Positions 56,404-64,000 of a DNA stretch of 64,000 nt are shown here, in pieces. The DNA is from the human T2T-CHM13v2.0 reference genome, Homo sapiens. The translations under genes were made by a program, and so were the position numbers. Positions within the stretch are counted from its first letter, which is position 1, and each line of letters opens with the position of its first letter. The DNA lies in NCBI RefSeq assembly GCF_009914755.1, contig NC_060948.1; one strand, 5' to 3'. The notes under the pieces were generated by a model. It was not told where the DNA came from and made no database searches. It saw only the letters and a list, made by a program, of their open reading frames with translations.

Positions 56404-59400
56404 CCTGGAATAAAGTGGAATGCTACGGTCTCGAATGGAATAAAAATGTATGGAATGGAATGCAATGAAACGGAATCGAATGTCATAGAATGTAATGGAA
56501 TGCAAAAAAATGGAATCCAAAATCATTGACTGGAAAGGCTGGGTGTCGAAAGGAATTGACTCCAATGGAATGGAATCGAATGGAATGGAAGTGAATAGAA
56601 TCGAACTAAATCGAATGGAATGGAATTGATAGGAACGGAATGGAAAGGAATGCAATGATTTGGCATGGAATGGAATCGAATGGCATCGAATGGAATGGAA
56701 TGGAATGCAATGGAATGGAATGAATTAGAATGTAATGAACTTTAATGGAATGTACTCGAATGGATTCGACTGGAATGGAATGTTCTGGAAGTGAATGGAC
56801 TCCAATGGAATGGATTCAAAAGGAATGGAATCGTACGGAATGGAATCTAATGGAATGGAATTAAATGGAAGTGAATCAAATTGAATAGCACGGAATTGAA
56901 TTGAATGGAATGGAATGCAATGGAATCTAATGAAACGGAAAGGAAAGGAATGGAATGGAATGGAATGGGCTGGAATGGAAAGGAATCGAAACGAATGGAA
57001 TGGAATCGAACTGAAGAGACTGGAATGGAATGCACTGGAATGGAAGAGAGTGTAATGGAAGGTTCTCGAAAAAAATGGAATCGAATGGAATGGAATTGAA
57101 TGGAACGGAATAGAGTCGAATGGAATTGAATGGAATGGAATGGACTAGAGTGAAATGGAATCGAACCACAAGGAATGGACAGGAATAGAATGGTCTCGAA
57201 TTGAATGGAATCGTATGGAATGGCATCAAACGGAATGGAATGGACAGCCACGGAATGGAATGCACTCGAATGCAATGGAGTCGAAACTAATGGACTGGAA
57301 TAGAATGGACTCGACTGGTACGGACTCCAATGGAATGGAATCGAATGGAAGGGAATCGAACGGAATGGACTCGAAGGGAAAAGACTGCAATGGAAAGGTC
57401 TCGAATGGAATGGAAATTAATGGAATGGAATGGAATCGAATGAAATGGAGTCAAAAGGAATGGAATCGAATGGCAAGAAATCGAATGTAATGGAATCGCA
57501 AGGAATTGATGTGAACGGAACGGAATGGAATGGAATCCAAAGGAATGGAATAGAATGGAATGGAATCGAATGGAAAGGACTCGAATGGAAATCACTCGAA
57601 TAGAATGCAATTTAATAAAATAGGATCAAATGTAATGGAATGGAATGGAAAGGAATCGAAACGAAAGGAATGGAGACAGATGGAATGGAATGGAACAGAG
57701 AACAATGGTATAGAATGGAATGGAATCATCTGGAATGGAATTGAATGGAATGGAATAATATGAAATGGAATGGAATGGAATGGAATGGAATGGAATGGAA
57801 TGGAATGCCCTTGAATTAAATGGACTGGAATGGAATGGACTCGAACAGAGTGGAATGGAAAGTGTTGAGATAGAATGGAATGGACTCGTTTGGAATGGTG
57901 TAGTATGCAATGCAATCGACTGGCAGGGAATCAAAAGGAATGTAATCGAATGGATTGGACTGGAATGCAATGGACTCGAATAGATTGGAAACGGGATGCA
58001 AAGGAATGGAATGGAATAGTATGGAATGGAATGGAAAGGAATGGAGTGGAATAGACTAGAGTGGAATGGAATGGACTGGAAAGCAATGGACTGGAATGGA
58101 ACTTTCTTGAATGGACTGGAATCAAACGGAATGGAATGCAATGCAATCAAATGGCATGGAATAAAATAGAATGAAAGAGAATCAAATGGAATTGAATCGA
58201 ATGGAATCGAATGGATTGGAAAGGAATAGAATGGAATGGAATGGAATTGACTCAAATGGAATGGACTAGAATGGAATGGATTCGAATGGAAGGCAAAGGA
58301 ATGGAATCTATTGGAATGGACTGTAATGGAATGGAATGGAAGGGATTGGAATGGACTCGAATGGAATGGACTGCAATAGAAAGGATTCGAATGGAATGAA
58401 AAAGAATTGAATGGAATAGAACAGAATGGAATCAAATCGAATGAAATGGAATGGAATAGAAAGGAATGGAATGAAATGGAATGGAAAGGATTCGAATGGA
58501 ATGCAATCGAATGGAATGGAATCGAACGGAATGGAATAAAATGGAAGAAAACTGGCAAGAAATGGAATCGAAATGAATGGAGTGTTATGGAACGGACTCA
58601 AAAGGAATTGAATGTAATAGAATGGAGTGGAGTGGACTCGAATATAATGGACTGGAATGGAATGAAATCACATGGAATGGGAACGAATGGAATGGAATGG
58701 AAAGGAATGGAATCGAATGGAAAGGAATCGAATGGAAGGGAATGAAATTGAATCAACAGGAATGGAAGGGAATAGAATAGACGGTAATGGAATGGACTCG
58801 AATAGAATGGACACGAATGCTCAAATTGAATGGACTCGAATGGAATGGAAACGAAAGGAATGTCATCGAATGGAATTGAATCGATTGGAATGAAATCGCA
58901 TAGAATGGAGTGGAATCAAATGGAATAGAATCGAAAGGAAAGGAAGCGAATGGACTGAAATGAAATGGAATGGAATTGAATGGAAAGTAATGCAATGGAA
59001 TAGAATGGAACGAAATTTCACGGAATGGAATCAAACTGAATGGAATCAAATCAATGGAATCTAATCAAATGGAATGGAAAGGAATTGAATGGAGTAGATT
59101 GGATTGGATGGGATTGGAATGAAATGTACTGGAAAGGACTCGAATTTCATGAAACGGAATGGAATGAATTGGAACGGAATGGACTCGAATGGAATGGAAT
59201 GACATGGAATGGCATCAAATGGAATGGCATCAAATGGAATGGAATCGAATGCAATGGAATGTTATGGAATGGAATGGAATGCATTGGAATGGAATGTCCT
59301 CTAATGGAATGGATTCGAGTGGAATGGAATCGAATATAATGGAGTCGAATGAAATGGAATTGAAAGGAATGGGATCGAATACAATGGAATATACTGGAAT

Positions 59401-59977
59401 GTAATGTAATGGACTCGAATGTAATTGACTGGAATGGAATGTACATGAATGGAATGTAATCGAATGGAAAGTAATCCAATGGAATAGAATCTAATGCAAT
59501 AAAACCGACTCAGATAGAGTAGAATGTAATGGAATGGAGTGCAGTGCAATGGAATGGAATGGAATGGAATGCAATGCAATGGAATGGAATGGAATGGAAT
59601 GGAATGGAATGGGATGGAATGGGATGGAATGGATAGTAATGGACTGGAGTGAAATGGACTGGAAAGGAATGGACTCAAATTGAAAGGGCTCGAAAGGAAT
59701 GGAGTCAAATGGAATGGTCTGGAATGGAATGAACACGAATGTAATGCAATCCAATAGAATGGAATCGAATGGCATGGAATATAAAGAAATGGAATCGAAG
59801 AGAATGGAAACAAATGGAATGGAATTGAATGGAATGGAATTGAATGGAATGGGAACGAATGGAGTGAAATTGTATGCAGTAGAAGGGAATAGAATGGAAT
59901 GCAAGCGAAAGGAAAGGAATGGATTGGAATGGAATGGAATTCATTGGAATGGAAGGGAATGTAGTGTAATGGACAGG
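56404..59977 (-). repeat. DYZ1 unit, 3574 bp
   Basis: HaeIII-to-HaeIII interval. Confidence 0.9.
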
Positions 59978-62900
59978 CCTGGAATAAAGTGGAATGCTAC
60001 GGTCTCGAATGGAATAAAAATGTATGGAATGGAATGCAATGAAACGGAATCGAATGTCATAGAATGTAATGGAATGCAAAAAAATGGAATCCAAAATCAT
60101 TGACTGGAAAGGCTGGGTGTCGAAAGGAATTGACTCCAATGGAATGGAATCGAATGGAATGGAAGTGAATAGAATCGAACTAAATCGAATGGAATGGAAT
60201 TGATAGGAACGGAATGGAAAGGAATGCAATGATTTGGCATGGAATGGAATCGAATGGCATCGAATGGAATGGAATGGAATGCAATGGAATGGAATGTATT
60301 AGAATGTAATGAACTTTAATGGAATGTACTCGAATGGATTCGACTGGAATGGAATGTTCTGGAAGTGAATGGACTCCAATGGAATGGATTCAAAAGGAAT
60401 GGAATCGTACGGAATGGAATCTAATGGAATGGAATTAAATGGAAGTGAATCAAATTGAATAGCACGGAATTGAATTGAATGGAATGGAATGCAATGGAAT
60501 CTAATGAAACGGAAAGGAAAGGAATGGAATGGAATGGAATGGGCTGGAATGGAAAGGAATCGAAACGAATGGAATGGAATCGAACTGAAGAGACTGGAAT
60601 GGAATGCACTGGAATGGAAGGGAGTGTAATGGAAGGTTCTCGAAAAAAATGGAATCGAATGGAATGGAATTGAATGGAACGGAATAGAGTCGAATGGAAT
60701 TGAATGGAATGGAATGGACTAGAGTGAAATGGAATCGAACCACAAGGAATGGACAGGAATAGAATGGTCTCGAATTGAATGGAATCGTATGGAATGGCAT
60801 CAAACGGAATGGAATGGACAGCCACGGAATGGAATGCACTCGAATGTAATGGAGTCGAAACTAATGGACTGGAATAGAATGGACTCGACTGGTACGGACT
60901 CCAATGGAATGGAATCGAATGGAAGGGAATCGAACGGAATGGACTCGAAGGGAAAAGACTGCAATGGAAAGGTCTCGAATGGAATGGAAATTAATGGAAT
61001 GGAATGGAATCGAATGAAATGGAGTCAAAAGGAATGGAATCGAATGGCAAGAAATCGAATGTAATGGAATCGCAAGGAATTGATGTGAACGGAACGGAAT
61101 GGAATGGAATCCAAAGGAATGGAATAGAATGGAATGGAATCGAATGGAAAGGACTCGAATGGAAATCACTCGAATAGAATGCAATTTAATAAAATAGGAT
61201 CAAATGGAATGGAATGGAATGGAAAGGAATCGAAACGAAAGGAATGGAGACAGATGGAATGGAATGGAACAGAGAGCAATGGTATAGAATGGAATGGAAT
61301 CATCTGGAATGGAATTGAATGGAATGGAATAATATGAAATGGAATGGAATGGAATGGAATGGAATGCCCTTGAATTAAATGGACTGGAATGGAATGGACT
61401 CGAACAGAGTGGAATGGAAAGTGTTGAGATAGAATGGAATGGACTCCTTTGGAATGGTGTAGTATGCAATGCAATCGACTGGCAGGGAATCAAAAGGAAT
61501 GTAATCGAATGGATTGGACTGGAATGCAATGGACTCGAATAGATTGGAAACGGAGTGCAAAGGAATGGAATGGAATAGTATGGAATGGAATGGAAAGGAA
61601 TGGAGTGGAATAGACTAGAGTGGAATGGAATGGACTGGAAAGCAATGGACTGGAATGGAAGTTTCTTGAATGGACTGGAATCAAACGGAATGGAATGCAA
61701 TGCAATCAAATGGCATGGAATAAAATAGAATGAAAGAGAATCAAATGGTATTGAATAGAATGGAATCGAATGGATTGGAAAGGAATAGAATGGAATGGAA
61801 TGGAATTGACTCAAATGGAATGGACTAGAATGGAATGGATTCGAATGGAAGGCAAAGGAATGGAATCTATTGGAATGGACTGTAATGGAATGGAATGGAA
61901 GGGATTGGAATGGACTCGAATGGAATGGACTGCAATAGAAAGGATTCGAATGGAATGAAAAAGAATTGAATGGAATAGAACAGAATGGAATCAAATCGAA
62001 TGAAATGGAATGGAATAGAAAGGAATGGAATGAAATGGAATGGAAAGGATTCGAATGGAATGCAATCGAATGGAATGGAATCGAACGGAATGGAATAAAA
62101 TGGAAGAAAACTGGCAAGAAATGGAATCGAAATGAATGGAGTGTTATGGAACGGACTCAAAAGGAATTGAATGTAATAGAATGGAGTGGAGTGGACTCGA
62201 ATATAATGGACTGGAATGGAATGAAATCACATGGAATGGGAACGAATGGAATGGAATGGAAAGGAATGGAATCGAATGGAAAGGAATCGAATGGAAGGGA
62301 ATGAAATTGAATCAACAGGAATGGAAGGGAATAGAATAGACGGTAATGGAATGGACTCGAATAGAATGGACACGAAAGCTCAAATTGAATGGACTCGAAT
62401 GGAATGGAAACGAAAGGAATGTCATCGAATGGAATTGAATCGATTGGAATGAAATCGCATAGAATGGAGTGGAATCAAATGGAATTGAATCGAAAGGAAA
62501 GGAAGCGAAGGGACTGAAATGAAATGGAATGGAATTGAATGGAAAGTAATGCAATGGAATAGAATGGAACGAAATTTCACGGAATGGAATCAAACTGAAT
62601 GGAATCAAATCAATGGAATCAAATCAAATGGAATGGAAAGGAATTGAATGGAGTAGATTGGATTGGATGGGATTGGAATGAAATGTACTGGAAAGGACTC
62701 GAATTTCATGAAACGGAATGGAATGAATTGGAACGGAATGGACTCGAATGGAATGGAATGTCATGGAATGGCATCAAATGGAATGGCATCAAATGGAATG
62801 GAATCGAATGCAATGGAATGTTATGGAATGGAATGGAATGCATTGGAATGGAATGTCCTCTAACGGAATGGATTCGAGTGGAATGGAATCGAATATAATG

Positions 62901-63541
62901 GAGTCGAATGAAATGGAATTGAAAGGAATGGGATCGAATACAATGGAATATACTGGAATGTAATGTAATGAACTCGAATGTAATTGACTGGAATGGAATG
63001 TATATGAATGGAATGTAATCGAATGTAAAGTAATCCAATGGAATAGAATCTAATGCAATAAAATCGACTCAGATAGAGTAGAATGTAATGGAATGGAGTG
63101 CAGTGCAATGGAATGGAATGGAATGGAATGCAATGGAATGGAATGGAATGGAATGGAATGGAATGGAATGGAATGGGATGGAATGGTATGGAATGGATAG
63201 TAATGGACTGGAGTGAAATGGACTGGAAAGGAATGGACTCAAATTGAAAGGGCTCGAAAGGAATGGAGTCAAATGGAATGGTCTGGAATGGAATGAACAC
63301 GAATGTAATGCAATCCAATAGAATGGAATCGAATGGCATGGAATATAAAGAAATGGAATCGAAGAGAATGGAAACAAATGGAATGGAATTGAAGGGAATG
63401 GAATTGAATGGAATGGGAACGAATGGAGTGAAATTGTATGCAGTAGAAGGGAATAGAATGGAATGCAAGCGAAAGGAAAGGAATGGATTGCAATGGAATG
63501 GAATTCATTGGAATGGAAGGGAATGTAGTGTAATGGACAGG
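59978..63541 (-). repeat. DYZ1 unit, 3564 bp
   Basis: HaeIII-to-HaeIII interval; length equals the classical DYZ1 clone length. Confidence 0.9.
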
Positions 63542-64000
63542 CCTGGAATAAAGTGGAATGCTACGGTCTCGAATGGAATAAAAATATATGGAATGGAATG
63601 CAATGAAACGGAATCGAATGTCATAGAATGTAATGGAATGCAACAAAATGGAATCCAAAATCATTGACTGGAAAGGCTGGGTGTCGAAAGGAATTGACTC
63701 CAATGGAATGGAATCGAATGGAATGGAAGTGAATAGAATCGAACTAAATCGAATGGAATGGAATTGATAGGAACGGAATGGAAAGGAATGCAATGATTTG
63801 GCATGGAATGGAATCGATTGGCATCGAATGGAATGGAATGGAATGCAATGGAATGGAATGTATTAGAATGTAATGAACTTTAATGGAATGTACTCGAATG
63901 GATTCGACTGGAATGGAATGTTCTGGAAGTGAATGGACTCCAATGGAATGGATTCAAAAGGAATGGAATCGTACGGAATGGAATCTAATGGAATGGAATT
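63542..64000 (-). repeat. DYZ1 unit, partial (window edge)
   Basis: Starts at the HaeIII cut in GGCC 63540-63543. Confidence 0.9.

Larger units (their letters stand above)
1..64000 (-). repeat. DYZ1: Human satellite 3 array, DYZ1 (Yq12 3.4-3.6 kb HaeIII/EcoRI repeat), ~18 head-to-tail units
   Basis: Seen: degenerate GGAAT pentamers throughout, with unique landmarks recurring every 3547-3574 bp. GGCC lies at 3018, 6565, 10119, 13673, 17227, 20801, 24355, 27912, 31471, 35018, 38565, 42132, 45691, 49260, 52829, 56402, 59976 and 63540. Recalled knowledge: DYZ1 is a ~3564 bp TTCCA-based HaeIII unit, and the minus strand from the HaeIII site reads CCTGTCCATTACACTACATTCCCTTCC, as in the DYZ1 clone. 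Strand is given relative to the TTCCA convention. Confidence 0.95.

Noticed and set aside
222-63793. Hundreds of ORFs (MEWNG... on +, FHSIP... on -), up to 423 aa at 3888-5159
   Set aside because: They are the five-codon cycle of GGAAT/ATTCC, which contains no stop codon. All frames give the same peptide, the ORF ends shift with 5-bp indels, and no domain is recognisable.
1-64000. CRISPR-like or repeat-spacer array
   Set aside because: There are no constant repeats separated by unique spacers. The distinctive stretches recur in every 3.56 kb unit, and no cas-like genes are present.
1-64000. DYZ2/HSat1B, Alu, L1, alpha satellite, HSat2 or telomeric repeat
   Set aside because: No AT-rich or Alu-containing block, 171-bp period, CATTCGATTC-dominated HSat2 pattern or TTAGGG run was seen.

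Overview
The whole 64 kb is one uninterrupted, single-orientation tandem array of human satellite 3 ((GGAAT)n on +, (ATTCC)n on -). It is organised as about 18 copies of a ~3.55-3.57 kb unit. One HaeIII/StuI site (AGGCCT) and normally one EcoRI site per unit, the unit length, and sequence matching the classic Y-sexing primer sites identify it as DYZ1, the Yq12 heterochromatin repeat. I found no credible gene, RNA gene, transposon, DYZ2/Alu block, inversion or CRISPR array; all ORFs are translations of the pentamer. I do not see a new protein-coding system. The structure worth attention is non-coding. Each unit has three perfect heat-shock elements (nGAAnnTTCnnGAAn), conserved in all copies, and four fixed breaks in the 5-bp register. 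The array also records its own history: several single-unit duplications, one two-unit (~7.15 kb) duplication, mosaic units, and one unit without its EcoRI site. All comparisons were made by eye, so variant lists are not exhaustive.
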